Origin: a virus
Lineage: Duplodnaviria; Caudoviricetes
Length of the DNA stretch: 64,000 bases
Virus record (IMG/VR): IMGVR_UViG_2894708747_000001
Reading direction: 5' to 3' (one strand)
Shown here: positions 37,929-47,653 of the stretch, piece by piece
How positions within the stretch are numbered: position 1 is the first letter of the stretch
How the letters are laid out: each line of letters begins with the position of its first letter
The notes under the pieces: generated by a model
Seen by the model: the letters and a program-made list of their open reading frames with translations, nothing else
Told to the model about the DNA's origin: nothing
Database searches by the model: none
Program-made: the position numbers and the translations under genes

Positions 37929-38989
37929 TGGATAATCTTAATATTTTACTGGCGAGTATAAGAAAAGAATTTGGGCCACAAGCAATCTTTCTTTTAGGAG
38001 AAAATGAGAGGTTTACTGATATTAAAGTACGTTCTTCAGGGTCGATTATGTTAGATTTAGCCCTTGGGGGTGGCTATCCGCACGGGCGGTTAGTAGAATT
38101 TAGTGGGCCTCCAAAATCAGGAAAAACTACTTTGCTTAATATAGCTATAGCCGAGGCCCAACAAGCGGAACCTGATAAGTATTGTGCTGTAATTGATTTG
38201 GAGTATGCTTTTAATCCTGAATGGGCCGCCACCCTGGGGGTAAATTTAAATAAACTCTTTTTCAGTCAGCCTGATACTTATGCAGAGAAAGTATTTGCTT
38301 TAATTGAATATCTCCTGAAAACAGGGGAGTTTAGTATTATAGGGTTAGATAGTGTGGCAGGATTAATCCCTAAAAGTGAGTTTGAAGAGCATGATTGGGA
38401 TAAAGAAGGGCGGGTAGGAGGAGCCTCTAAAGTTAATTCAATGGCTGTTAGGCGGCTAGTTAATTCAGGACTTTTGGCGGCTTCAGGAACAACACTTATT
38501 TTTATTAATCAAATACGAGATAAAATAGGGAGCTTTTCTCCTTATGGTACCCCCACTACGACAGTAGGGGGCCACGCCCTGCAACATGCTTATACTCAAC
38601 AGCTTAGTGTGTCGATAGGACAGTATTTTACGAAAGGGTCAGGGGCGGCGAAAGAATATTTAGGTCAACAAATAGCTGTAAAAATTAATAAGAATAAAAT
38701 TGCACCTCCCTTTCGTACTGCGATTTTAGATATATATTATGAGCATGGTTTGGATAAATTAATGGAATTAGTTAATGTAGCTAAAGAATTGAATGTTTTA
38801 TTTGGTACTTCTTGGTTAAAGTTTATTGATCCCCGTACAGGTGAAGTATTTACCGATAAAGATGGTAATGATATTAAATTCCAAGGAGTGGCAAAAGCGC
38901 GAGAAGCCTTGGTTAATGATTTAGAACAAAACAATGGAGAACTTTATATGAAAATATATAATCTTGTTCAAGAGATAATTAGGGGATGA
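37925..38989 (+). CDS. recA: RecA-family recombinase
   Basis: SGS..LDLALGGG.P.GR.VE..GP..SGKTT, DLE, SQPD, DSVA, FINQIR, GG.AL, KNK.APPF. Confidence 0.95.
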   Translation: MMDNLNILLASIRKEFGPQAIFLLGENERFTDIKVRSSGSIMLDLALGGGYPHGRLVEFSGPPKSGKTTLLNIAIAEAQQAEPDKYCAVIDLEYAFNPEWAATLGVNLNKLFFSQPDTYAEKVFALIEYLLKTGEFSIIGLDSVAGLIPKSEFEEHDWDKEGRVGGASKVNSMAVRRLVNSGLLAASGTTLIFINQIRDKIGSFSPYGTPTTTVGGHALQHAYTQQLSVSIGQYFTKGSGAAKEYLGQQIAVKINKNKIAPPFRTAILDIYYEHGLDKLMELVNVAKELNVLFGTSWLKFIDPRTGEVFTDKDGNDIKFQGVAKAREALVNDLEQNNGELYMKIYNLVQEIIRG

Positions 38990-38993
38990 GTTT

Positions 38994-39224
38994 ATGGATT
39001 GGACGGTAACAGGGGTAGCTACCGCTATATGCTTGGCGGTGGTAGCTATTGTTTTAGGTTGGTTTGAATATGATAAAGCTAAGGTGCATAAGTTGGCCTT
39101 GGAAAGGCGATTGGATTGGATGTTGCAGGATAATAGAGATGATTTGATAAATACTGTGGCACTTTTGTTGGCGCAAAAGATTTGGGAACAAGCACAAAAG
39201 GAGATTAAAAATAATGGCTACTGA
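38994..39224 (+). CDS. Small membrane-anchored protein
   Basis: N-terminal hydrophobic helix. Confidence 0.5.
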   Translation: MDWTVTGVATAICLAVVAIVLGWFEYDKAKVHKLALERRLDWMLQDNRDDLINTVALLLAQKIWEQAQKEIKNNGY

Positions 39225-39561
39225 AAGACAGCGTAAATCTAAAATACAAGAGAGAAGGATTACTAAAAGCCTTGCGGAATTGGGCCAGGAAGCGAAGCGG
39301 CAGGTAGCTTCAGGAGCTTTATGGTTTGCTAAAAGCGATGTGGTATCAGAAATATTCCAGGTGGAGTGTAAAACAAAAATTAAACCTTCTAAATCCATTA
39401 CTCTCCAGAAAGTTTGGTTTGATAAAATATATAAAGAGGCGTTACAGGCAGGTAAAATACCTGCCGTTGTTATCTCTTTTGGTGATGGAGAGGATTATTT
39501 CTGTATAAGGGCAAAAGATTTGTATTCTCTCTTAGCAAAGGAGGCACCTACGAATGGTTAA
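39214..39561 (+). CDS. Second Holliday junction resolvase-like nuclease
   Basis: QE.RI, ASGA, SDV, VECKT, EA...GKIPAVVI. Confidence 0.7.
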   Translation: MATERQRKSKIQERRITKSLAELGQEAKRQVASGALWFAKSDVVSEIFQVECKTKIKPSKSITLQKVWFDKIYKEALQAGKIPAVVISFGDGEDYFCIRAKDLYSLLAKEAPTNG

Positions 39562-39907
39562 TTTTCCTTTTGGAATACTGGTTATGGGTTTAGGTAAACC
39601 TACCCCGCCTGAAGGTATGGTTTTTTATAATTATGATGATGAATTTGATGTTGGTTTGACGGTAAAAGAGAAAATGATGTTGTTTGGATCTGTATTAAAA
39701 AATACAGGTGTAGTGCTTGTTAATTTACAAAAAGTGGATCTGTCTATAGAAGAAATCCTGATTTTGCAGATGGCCTATACTAATAATATCCCCATCCTGG
39801 GGGTGGGGGAGCATCCCTCTAATAAATTTTTAGAGGAAATAGTGACTAGAAAGTTTAAAACTTATGAGGAGACTATTGAACATATAATAACGCATTATAT
39901 ATTGTAG
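39554..39907 (+). CDS. Hypothetical protein, weak resemblance to nucleoside 2-deoxyribosyltransferase fold
   Basis: VLVNL...MAY.NNIPILG pattern; catalytic Glu not evident. Confidence 0.35.
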   Translation: MVNFPFGILVMGLGKPTPPEGMVFYNYDDEFDVGLTVKEKMMLFGSVLKNTGVVLVNLQKVDLSIEEILILQMAYTNNIPILGVGEHPSNKFLEEIVTRKFKTYEETIEHIITHYIL

Positions 39908-39916
39908 GTGAGGTTT

Positions 39917-40360
39917 ATGGGAGTACCTGTTATAGTGGGTGGGTTTAATGAGTTGTCTACTATTGATACTGATGGCATTGCCTTCAGTATTTTTTTCCAG
40001 GGGTGTCGGCGGCGATGCCCTGGGTGCCATAATCCCGAACTCCAGCCTTTTGAAGGAGGGCAACAATTAAATACGGAAGATATAATTACCAAGATTACTA
40101 AACACTTGGATTGGTATGATGCTGTATGTTTTTTAGGTGGAGAGCCCCTAGAACAGCCTGAAGCATTAACAGACCTTTTAGATAAGTCAAAAGACTTGGG
40201 ATTAGAACGCTGGTTATACACGGGTTATGAAGTTAAAGATATTCCAGCAAAGATATATAATCTTTGTTCTGTTATTGTGGCGGGAGAATTTAGACAGGAT
40301 TTATTTACAGGTGGTTTTCCTGCCTCATTGAATCAAATGGTTATAGACAGGAGGGTTTAG
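39917..40360 (+). CDS. nrdG: Anaerobic RNR activating enzyme NrdG
   Basis: FQGCRRRCPGCHN, LGGEP, LYTGY; adjacent to nrdD. Confidence 0.9.
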   Translation: MGVPVIVGGFNELSTIDTDGIAFSIFFQGCRRRCPGCHNPELQPFEGGQQLNTEDIITKITKHLDWYDAVCFLGGEPLEQPEALTDLLDKSKDLGLERWLYTGYEVKDIPAKIYNLCSVIVAGEFRQDLFTGGFPASLNQMVIDRRV

Positions 40361-40362
40361 AA

Positions 40363-42255
40363 ATGCAGTTCAATATTACTTTTGAGGAGGAGTTTGATAA
40401 ACTTTACGAGAGCTTTGTTAATGATCCAAAGGGAAAAGAGTATCTAAAATTAGATGGTATCGCTCCAGAAAAAATTGACGTGGGGGCAATGAGTAAGGCT
40501 TATTTTACTTCTAGGCTGGCAGATGCTTCTATAGATACTAATGCTAATGCTAACGAAGAAATAAGTGCTAATAATTATCAGGCTGAGATTACAAAAGGAT
40601 TGTTAAAGTTAGATGGCTATTATCTGTTATGGAAATACATGAAAAAACGGTTTGGTTTAGAGAGAGCAAATGAGGCTATTAAGGCTATTTGGGAAGGGAA
40701 ACTTTATTTTCATGATGCCAGCGGCCCAGGTATACAGATTCCTTATTGTGTTGCTTATAGCACTACCCCTATTATGTTGGAAGGGCGGCCTTATGGACAG
40801 CTTCATAGTTTACCACCAAAGCGTTCAGATAGCTTCTTGGCTCAAGTCACAGAAACTACAATGGATATGAGTCAAGATTTTGTAGGAGCTGTAGTTCCTT
40901 CAGATTTTATAGTTAATTTATGTTATTACTTGAAAAAAGAAGGAATTAATCCTGATTTGGAGGCGGATGCAGATTATATTGTTAATTTGTGGCAGAAATT
41001 CGTTCATGTAATGAATAACAAGTTTAGAACTGCGGGGCAATCACCTTTTACAAATATTTCTATTTTTGATCGTCCTAATCTGGAGAAGATTTTTGGTGAA
41101 ACCGTATATCCTGACGGGTCTAAAGTAGATATAGAATATGTTATGAAGGTACAGAAATTAATTGCGAAGTTTTTTTCAGAAGGTGATCCTGCCACGGGAT
41201 TGCCATATCGTTTTCCAGTAATGACGGCAAATATCAGTATAGATGAAAAGCGTAAACCTCTTGATGAAGACTTTTTAAATTTTATTGCTGAAACTAACAT
41301 CAAAATGGGTGTTTATAATATATATGCTAACGAAGGAACAAAGATTGCGACTTGTTGTCGTCTTATAAATAACACTTCTCGTATGACTTACAGGGCCGAT
41401 TCTTTCGGCAATGGTGGGTTGAACATTGGTAGCCATCGTGTTGTTACTATTAATTTCCCACGTATTGCTCAGGAAGCTAAAAACAAAGACCATTTCTTTG
41501 AGCTTTTAGAGGAACGGGTAAAATTAGCACGGGATCTATTGATAGTTCATAGAGAAGAAATTCTAAAACGGCGTATTGACGCTGGCTTTAATAAATTCTT
41601 TAAACCTCTTAATTGGTTAAGTTTGAATATGTTCTTTTCGACTTTTGGGATTCACGGCCTCTATGAAATGTGTTATTTCATGGGTGTGCCGATGGAAAGT
41701 GAAGAAGGTCAACAGTTTGTGGAAGATATTTTATTGAAATTAGAGGATTATGCTAACCAATTTAGCAAAGAGTGTGGGTACAGTTTTAATGTTGAAGAAG
41801 TTCCTGCTGAATCCGCCGCCGTTACCCTGGCGAAGAAAGATAAAGTCGCTGGATTAGTAGAACAACCCTTTGAGTTGTATTCTAATCAATATCTACCTCT
41901 TATTGCTGACGTTGATCCAATAGAACGGATTAAACTATCGGGCAGATTTATGAATCTAGTGTCGGGTGGGGGAATAGTTCACCTGAATATCCAGGAACGC
42001 ATTAAATCTCCTGCTATTATGAAAAAGTTAATTAAACTAGCCTTACAAGCTAAAGTTCCTCACTTTGCGATCAATTACGGTTATGGTATCTGCGAGAATG
42101 GTCACACTTCAGTTGTGGGAACTGGAAAGACCTGTCCCATCTGTGGGGGGCCGATTAAAGATTGGATGACTAGAATTATAGGGTATTTTACTCGTATTTC
42201 TAGTTGGAATGATGTAAGAAAGAATTACGAGTATCCAAGACGAAAATTTAAATAG
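40363..42255 (+). CDS. nrdD: Class III ribonucleotide reductase NrdD without ATP cone
   Basis: YFHD, PYC, QSPFTN, FPV.T, CCRL, TINFPR, PAES, C..GH..CP.CG, RIIGY. Confidence 0.93.
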   Translation: MQFNITFEEEFDKLYESFVNDPKGKEYLKLDGIAPEKIDVGAMSKAYFTSRLADASIDTNANANEEISANNYQAEITKGLLKLDGYYLLWKYMKKRFGLERANEAIKAIWEGKLYFHDASGPGIQIPYCVAYSTTPIMLEGRPYGQLHSLPPKRSDSFLAQVTETTMDMSQDFVGAVVPSDFIVNLCYYLKKEGINPDLEADADYIVNLWQKFVHVMNNKFRTAGQSPFTNISIFDRPNLEKIFGETVYPDGSKVDIEYVMKVQKLIAKFFSEGDPATGLPYRFPVMTANISIDEKRKPLDEDFLNFIAETNIKMGVYNIYANEGTKIATCCRLINNTSRMTYRADSFGNGGLNIGSHRVVTINFPRIAQEAKNKDHFFELLEERVKLARDLLIVHREEILKRRIDAGFNKFFKPLNWLSLNMFFSTFGIHGLYEMCYFMGVPMESEEGQQFVEDILLKLEDYANQFSKECGYSFNVEEVPAESAAVTLAKKDKVAGLVEQPFELYSNQYLPLIADVDPIERIKLSGRFMNLVSGGGIVHLNIQERIKSPAIMKKLIKLALQAKVPHFAINYGYGICENGHTSVVGTGKTCPICGGPIKDWMTRIIGYFTRISSWNDVRKNYEYPRRKFK

Positions 42256-42294
42256 GGGGGCGGGCGACCCTCCTTTATTTATAGGGGTGAGATT

Positions 42295-42495
42295 ATGGAT
42301 AGACAGCTTTTAGAGTTGATTTATGCCCGCATAAATGATCTAGAGTGCCGCTGTAATCCAATTGAAGAATCTAAATTGTTTACCCTTTATCGTTTGGCAG
42401 ATCGGGTATTAAGTGGAGGCCAGTTAACAGAGGCAGAGATAAAAGCGTATAAACTCAATAAGTATAAGAATGGACTTAAAAATCAAGATAGGTAG
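42295..42495 (+). CDS. Hypothetical protein
   Basis: 66 aa, GGGGTG RBS. Confidence 0.5.
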   Translation: MDRQLLELIYARINDLECRCNPIEESKLFTLYRLADRVLSGGQLTEAEIKAYKLNKYKNGLKNQDR

Positions 42496-42503
42496 TTCGT
42501 ATA
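42423..42503 (+). promoter_or_regulatory. Tandem putative promoters GTTAA-N18-CGTATA (42423-42451) and CTTAA-N18-CGTATA (42475-42503)
   Basis: Two motif copies upstream of 42527. Confidence 0.65.
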
Positions 42504-42526
42504 TGTATTATGTAAGGGGGTGTTGA

Positions 42527-42910
42527 TTGATGGAATTAGTTAAAAAGAAAGATGATAAGCTGACGGAAGAATTAGTAGCTAGTTTAGTAGGAAAGTTTGT
42601 ATATGTTCCTACCAACATTTTTGATGTTTCAAATGGAGATGTTTTGGAACAGGAAAATATTTGGTTTGCGGGCCAAGTGGGAGGTTACAGTAAAGTAGTT
42701 TTACAGTATGAATATAATACGCAGAGGTTTGCTGAAACTCCTCATGAAGAATTAAACTTACTTTTAACAGATGGAATGGGTTATGCTCTTTCTAACACCA
42801 ATTGTGAAATGTATGTGATAACTGAAGATGAGTTTATGGAACTTTTAGCTGAACATCATGCTCGCCAAATAGTAAACTCTAAATTATATCTCCCTGGTAG
42901 GGATTTTTAA
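42527..42910 (+). CDS. Hypothetical protein
   Basis: 127 aa with RBS. Confidence 0.55.
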   Translation: MMELVKKKDDKLTEELVASLVGKFVYVPTNIFDVSNGDVLEQENIWFAGQVGGYSKVVLQYEYNTQRFAETPHEELNLLLTDGMGYALSNTNCEMYVITEDEFMELLAEHHARQIVNSKLYLPGRDF

Positions 42911-42983
42911 TGGAATTGTGGTTAAGTATGAACCCGTTACATTTACAGATTGGTATGGAGAAACATTTTTAAGGGGGATAATT

Positions 42984-43199
42984 ATGAAAATAAATATTAA
43001 TTACGATACTAATGATCTAAAACGTTTAGTTCTTAATGATTTAAAGTTAAAACTTCCTGGGGTAAATTTTAAGGAAACAGATATTGAAATACTAGTAAAA
43101 ACCAAACAAAACTATAGAGCAGAGTGGGAGAATGGAGATTTTAAGGCTTTTGTTAACTTTGATTCTTTTAGGGGAGATTTAAATGGATTCTCTGCTTAA
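42984..43199 (+). CDS. Hypothetical protein
   Basis: AAGGGGG RBS favours ATG 42984. Confidence 0.5.
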   Translation: MKININYDTNDLKRLVLNDLKLKLPGVNFKETDIEILVKTKQNYRAEWENGDFKAFVNFDSFRGDLNGFSA

Positions 43200-43701
43200 A
43201 GAGATTTTAGATACCAAGAAATTATTTTTAACAGCTAAGATGAACTATAGGCGGTTTGATAAAACAATACCCGCCCTCTATCGAGATAATATTGGCAATG
43301 CTGGCTATGATTTATTTGCACGAGAAGAGGTAACTCTTCAGCCAGGGGAGTATAAACGCATCCCTCTTAATGTAGCAACAGAAATTCCTATCGGGGCGGT
43401 GGGCCTCTTGTTTCAGCGGTCAAGTCTCTTTCACCGTTTAGGACTACGGCTGACTAATGGTGTGGGAGTAATTGATGCTTCTTATCGCGGTGATGGCGAT
43501 GAATGGCAAGCTGAGTTTCAAAATGTAACGGACGAACCTGTAACGGTTCGTAAAGGAGATAAAATTTGTCAAGCAGTATTTGTACCTATTCTCCACATGG
43601 AACTTATAGAAAAAGACAGTTTAGGTAATGAAGATCGGGGTGGTTTTGGAAGTACCTTTCATAATGCTTTTGAGGGAGGGGGAGATAATGCAAGAAAGTG
43701 A
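43183..43701 (+). CDS. dut: Trimeric dUTPase
   Basis: AGYDL, RSS, GVIDASYRG, KICQ, RGGFGST. Confidence 0.93.
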   Translation: MDSLLKEILDTKKLFLTAKMNYRRFDKTIPALYRDNIGNAGYDLFAREEVTLQPGEYKRIPLNVATEIPIGAVGLLFQRSSLFHRLGLRLTNGVGVIDASYRGDGDEWQAEFQNVTDEPVTVRKGDKICQAVFVPILHMELIEKDSLGNEDRGGFGSTFHNAFEGGGDNARK

Positions 43702-43876
43702 TTTATTAAATCAAAAGCTTAAAGAGAAACCTCCTAAAAAGGGATTATTATTTTGTCCTTATTGCCAGACCTGGAGTGCTTTAAAGACAAGTAATGAAGG
43801 TTATAAAGTGTTGGAGTGTTGTGGTATCTCTATCAAAGATTTTTATGTTAGGAGGTTAAACCATCTTTGGAGATAA
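43688..43876 (+). CDS. Small zinc-ribbon protein
   Basis: FCPYC...CCGIS..DFYV; start revised to 43688. Confidence 0.55.
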   Translation: MQESDLLNQKLKEKPPKKGLLFCPYCQTWSALKTSNEGYKVLECCGISIKDFYVRRLNHLWR

Positions 43877-44022
43877 AGAAAGTTAAATTAAAAAAGCACG
43901 GTAAAATCTACAGTCTTCTTATGTTTAATTCCGAGCTTATAAAACATGGGTGGGATGTTGGTTCGTTTATTAACGGTTTTCAAATAGTAGCTATTTTACC
44001 TTATTCAAATAAAGGAGTTTAG
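43867..44022 (+). CDS. Small hypothetical protein not in the ORF track (51 aa)
   Basis: AGGAGG RBS, TTG start, fills the gap before tmk. Confidence 0.45.
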   Translation: MEIKKVKLKKHGKIYSLLMFNSELIKHGWDVGSFINGFQIVAILPYSNKGV

Positions 44023-44027
44023 GTAGT

Positions 44028-44651
44028 ATGAAGATAATCGCTTTTGAGGGTATAGATGCTTCAGGAAAAGCTACTCAGGCTGAAATGCTGGCCACCGCTC
44101 TTCAGGGGCGGGGGTATAGGGTAATGGTTCAATCTTTTCCTTGTTACGAAAGTCCTATAGGACAACTTCTCAAAAAATGGCTTCGAGGCGAGATAGGATT
44201 AGCTCCCCAGGCTGTCCACATGCTTTTTGAAGCAGATAGATATGATTTTTGGGCTAAAAAACCTGTTCTAGAATTAGAAGAATATGATTTTATCATTTTT
44301 GACCGCTATACTCTCTCTAACCTGGTTTTTGGAATAGTTAATGGATTGTATTATAGTTGGTTGGAGGCAATGCAGAATGATCTACCAAAACCTGATTTAA
44401 CTTTTATTCTAGATCTGCCTGTAGAACTTTCTTTTAAACGCAAGAAAAATAGGGATAGATTTGAAAAGGACGAAGAACTGCTCCAGCGAGTACAGGATAC
44501 TTACATTAAAATAGGTAACTATTTAGTGGATAGATGTAATGATTTAGTACGAATTGTTAATGCGGATAATCCTCCTGAGTTAATCCACCAGGAAATCATT
44601 TCTTATGTAGAATTAGTTTTCTTGACTGAAGGGGTAGATAACAATTCGTAA
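44028..44651 (+). CDS. tmk: Thymidylate kinase
   Basis: FEGIDASGK.TQ, LF.ADR, DRY..S, PDLTF.LD. Confidence 0.92.
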   Translation: MKIIAFEGIDASGKATQAEMLATALQGRGYRVMVQSFPCYESPIGQLLKKWLRGEIGLAPQAVHMLFEADRYDFWAKKPVLELEEYDFIIFDRYTLSNLVFGIVNGLYYSWLEAMQNDLPKPDLTFILDLPVELSFKRKKNRDRFEKDEELLQRVQDTYIKIGNYLVDRCNDLVRIVNADNPPELIHQEIISYVELVFLTEGVDNNS

Positions 44652-44652
44652 G

Positions 44653-45219
44653 TTGATTTTATTGCTAGTAATTCTTTTCTATTTAATATATCCTGCTCGT
44701 ATAAGTGAAGATATAGTGGTGCGTTCCCCGCCACCGTCCGTAAAAATAAGCAGTCGTCATGAAATATCCTTAGAACAAAAACTAGCACAACTTATGTTTG
44801 AATATAATACTACTTTAAGTATGGAAACAGCGAGGCAGTATTCAAGAATAGTTTGCAAAGAAGCAGGCATCCATCAAATAGATCCTATTTGGATATTAGC
44901 CATAATGTGGCAGGAAAGCCGTTTTGATACTAGAGTGCAATCGGAGGCGGGAGCTAGGGGGTTAATGCAGATACTCCCTAGTACAGCTAGGGAATATGGA
45001 GTAAAACCTGATCAGTTATATACTCCTGAAATAAATATCCAGTTAGGCATAAAATATCTTGCCTACTTACAGAAACAATTTAATGGTAATTTATTTCTGG
45101 CGACGACAGCCTATAATCAGGGGATTGGAAATGTTAAAAGAGGAGAATACAATACTGTCTATACGAAAAAAGTTCAAAGACACTATGAACAAATGAAAAA
45201 GTCTATTTCTAGTAGGTGA
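44653..45219 (+). CDS. Lytic transglycosylase (SLT) with N-terminal anchor
   Basis: AIM.QESRF, GARGLMQI.P.TA, NI.LG..YL, AYN.G. Confidence 0.9.
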   Translation: MILLLVILFYLIYPARISEDIVVRSPPPSVKISSRHEISLEQKLAQLMFEYNTTLSMETARQYSRIVCKEAGIHQIDPIWILAIMWQESRFDTRVQSEAGARGLMQILPSTAREYGVKPDQLYTPEINIQLGIKYLAYLQKQFNGNLFLATTAYNQGIGNVKRGEYNTVYTKKVQRHYEQMKKSISSR

Positions 45220-45298
45220 AGACGTTAGAAAAAATTATGAACTGTAATATACTCATGTTGTACCTATTTAAATTTTAACTATTAAGGAGGAATTATTT

Positions 45299-45586
45299 AT
45301 GCAGGTTTTCAAGAAAGATTTGGCGGCAATTTATGCAGAAATAGCAGGCATTACTAAAGTGGAAGCAGATAGACGAATTACTACGATACTGGAACTGATT
45401 AGTTCTTATTTAGAAGAAGGTTATGATGTTAAGCTGAGTAATTTCTTTAATTTCTTTGTAAAAGAGCGGGCGGCAAAGGAGGGTATTAATCCGATTACTA
45501 AAGAACCTATGACCATCCCCGCCACCAGGACTGTTCACGTTAAAATGACTAAATCTCTTAAAGAACGTATTCAGGGTAAAAGGTAA
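45299..45586 (+). CDS. HU/IHF-like DNA-binding protein
   Basis: V.L.NF.NF.VKERAA..G.NP.T.E.M.IPA. Confidence 0.88.
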   Translation: MQVFKKDLAAIYAEIAGITKVEADRRITTILELISSYLEEGYDVKLSNFFNFFVKERAAKEGINPITKEPMTIPATRTVHVKMTKSLKERIQGKR

Positions 45587-45631
45587 TTTGGTGGGGGTTA
45601 GACCCCCACCTCGCTTTTGAGGGGGTATTTT

Positions 45632-46447
45632 ATGAAGTTGCCGAAACATATACAGGAAAACTTAAAACGTAATAAACATTATTACGATATGACAGGGCCT
45701 AATATTGAACGATGTAAAGTAGATCCCGATTATTTGGGTGAAGCTATTTTAGTTAATGAAAACCTTATTTGGTACAGCGTTCATAAATATATTGGCAATC
45801 CTGATACTATTGTAAAAAATAACTGCATAGAAAAGGATGATATTCTCCAGTTAGGAAGAATGGGTTTTATAAAAGCTATTAAGGCCTTTGACACTAAACG
45901 GGGGATAAAGTTTTCCTCTTTTGCTGTTACAGCTATAGTGAGAGAAATAAGATGTTTTTTACGTGATTCTGGTAGCATCATCCGCCCCACCCGCACGGCC
46001 AATGAATTAATAAATAAAATCCGTAAGATAGAAAATGAGTTTGGTTACTTACCTTCTGTAGAAGAGTTAGAGGTTTTATTAGGAGAAGATAAAGAAAAGA
46101 TAAATAAGGCTCTTCAAGTAGGCAGAACAGTAAAATATCTTGATGAAGAGGTGGCCGCGGGCGGGGAGCAATCATCATTAACCTTATTAGACCTTATAGA
46201 TTCAAATTCTGATTTAGAAGATGATATTTTAGATAAGGTTTATGTAGATTCAGTTTTGGATAAGTTAAGTGATAAACTAACAGAAAAAGAAATGAATGTA
46301 TTACGTTTGAGGTTAGCTGGTTATTCTCAAACGCAGACCGCCGCCAAAGAACATATATCTCAAATGAGAGTTAGCAGAATAATGAAAAAAGTTGCTTTAT
46401 TAATCAAGGAACATCCTGATTTGAAAACCCTTTTAAGTAGTGCTTAG
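45632..46447 (+). CDS. SigF/SigG/SigB-like sigma factor
   Basis: N.NLI, DDILQLG..G.IKA...FD..RG.KFSSFA...I..EI..FLRD, LTEKE, SQ...A....ISQM.VSR. Confidence 0.9.
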   Translation: MKLPKHIQENLKRNKHYYDMTGPNIERCKVDPDYLGEAILVNENLIWYSVHKYIGNPDTIVKNNCIEKDDILQLGRMGFIKAIKAFDTKRGIKFSSFAVTAIVREIRCFLRDSGSIIRPTRTANELINKIRKIENEFGYLPSVEELEVLLGEDKEKINKALQVGRTVKYLDEEVAAGGEQSSLTLLDLIDSNSDLEDDILDKVYVDSVLDKLSDKLTEKEMNVLRLRLAGYSQTQTAAKEHISQMRVSRIMKKVALLIKEHPDLKTLLSSA

Positions 46448-46491
46448 GCACTACTTTTAGTCTATTCTAAACTAAAAGGAGAGTGGGTTAT

Positions 46492-47601
46492 ATGGGTGTT
46501 CCTGCGACTAGTGGACAATTGAGGACTAGTTTATTTGATATGCAAATTGGTGATTATATTGCTTGTCGTTATACAGCTACAACAAGTGGTGCAGTAGGTA
46601 CTTTTCGTGAATTAGGAACTTGTATTGCTTCTGAAATTCCTGTTACAGGAAGTGCTACTCCTGATGGGTTATTTTATTTTATTAAAGTAGATAAGGGATT
46701 ACTTATTGCCGATAGGGTAGTTCAACATAGTATTAGTTGGAATACATTAAATAATGGAGATTTTATAAAAGGAAAACTATGGTTATTTAATACAGCCAAA
46801 GCAAGTCTTCCTGCGGGGACGACTCTTGTTTCAGGTACAAGTGTGATAGCAGTTACAGATGGTATAATTAGACATAGTAGTAATAATTTTTATGTAGATA
46901 ATCAAAATCTATTTTTTTCTTCGGGAGAAACAGCAGTTATTTTAGAAATGGTAGAGGAGGTAATTATAAATCAGCTTTTTGTGAATCCTGCTGTTGGTTA
47001 CAGCTCCGCCGTAGGGGAATTTAACATGCTAAAGGATTTTGAGTTATATGTTAGCAATGATAAAATTAATTGGACATTAATTTTTTCTGGTTCTTGTCCA
47101 AGTTCACCATTAGGTGGCCCTTTTATTTATTCTATTACGTCTCAGATACCTTATAAATACTATAAATTAAAAGGTTTATCCACTTATTATTCAGGAATAG
47201 GGCTTGGTGAAGTTGCAATTAATCCACATTATATATCTTATCGTTCCCTCTCTAGTGGTTGTGCTTATGCTGATGCTAACGGTAATTCTGCCACTACTGA
47301 CCAAGGATATGGTGGATGGCCTACTAATAATGAGTGGGATAAATATATAGTAAACAGTAATTTAGGAGGCAAAATAATTCCTGGTGATAATAATGTCTGG
47401 CATTGGAGTAATCTTTATACTTGGGTACAAGATACTCCAATTACAACAATCGGAGCTTCTTCTAACAGAATATACAGGGGTAAGGATAGTGTAAATAAGC
47501 TACTTCAAATAGCAAGCAGTACAGCTAATACTACAATCGGTTTTCGGCCTGTTTTAGAGTATTTAGAATTAGGATCAAAAGCTACTACGATGTGGTACTA
47601 A
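46492..47601 (+). CDS. Receptor-binding-like protein: C-type-lectin-like domain interrupted by a discoidin-like insert
   Basis: LIADR..Q.SISW.TLN...NEWD...GFRPVL; insert with KDFELYVSND..NWT...YKYYKL. Confidence 0.6.
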   Translation: MGVPATSGQLRTSLFDMQIGDYIACRYTATTSGAVGTFRELGTCIASEIPVTGSATPDGLFYFIKVDKGLLIADRVVQHSISWNTLNNGDFIKGKLWLFNTAKASLPAGTTLVSGTSVIAVTDGIIRHSSNNFYVDNQNLFFSSGETAVILEMVEEVIINQLFVNPAVGYSSAVGEFNMLKDFELYVSNDKINWTLIFSGSCPSSPLGGPFIYSITSQIPYKYYKLKGLSTYYSGIGLGEVAINPHYISYRSLSSGCAYADANGNSATTDQGYGGWPTNNEWDKYIVNSNLGGKIIPGDNNVWHWSNLYTWVQDTPITTIGASSNRIYRGKDSVNKLLQIASSTANTTIGFRPVLEYLELGSKATTMWY

Positions 47602-47653
47602 ATAACTTTTAACTCTCCCGCCTCCCACGGGTGGGGGTAAGAGGTGGTATTAA

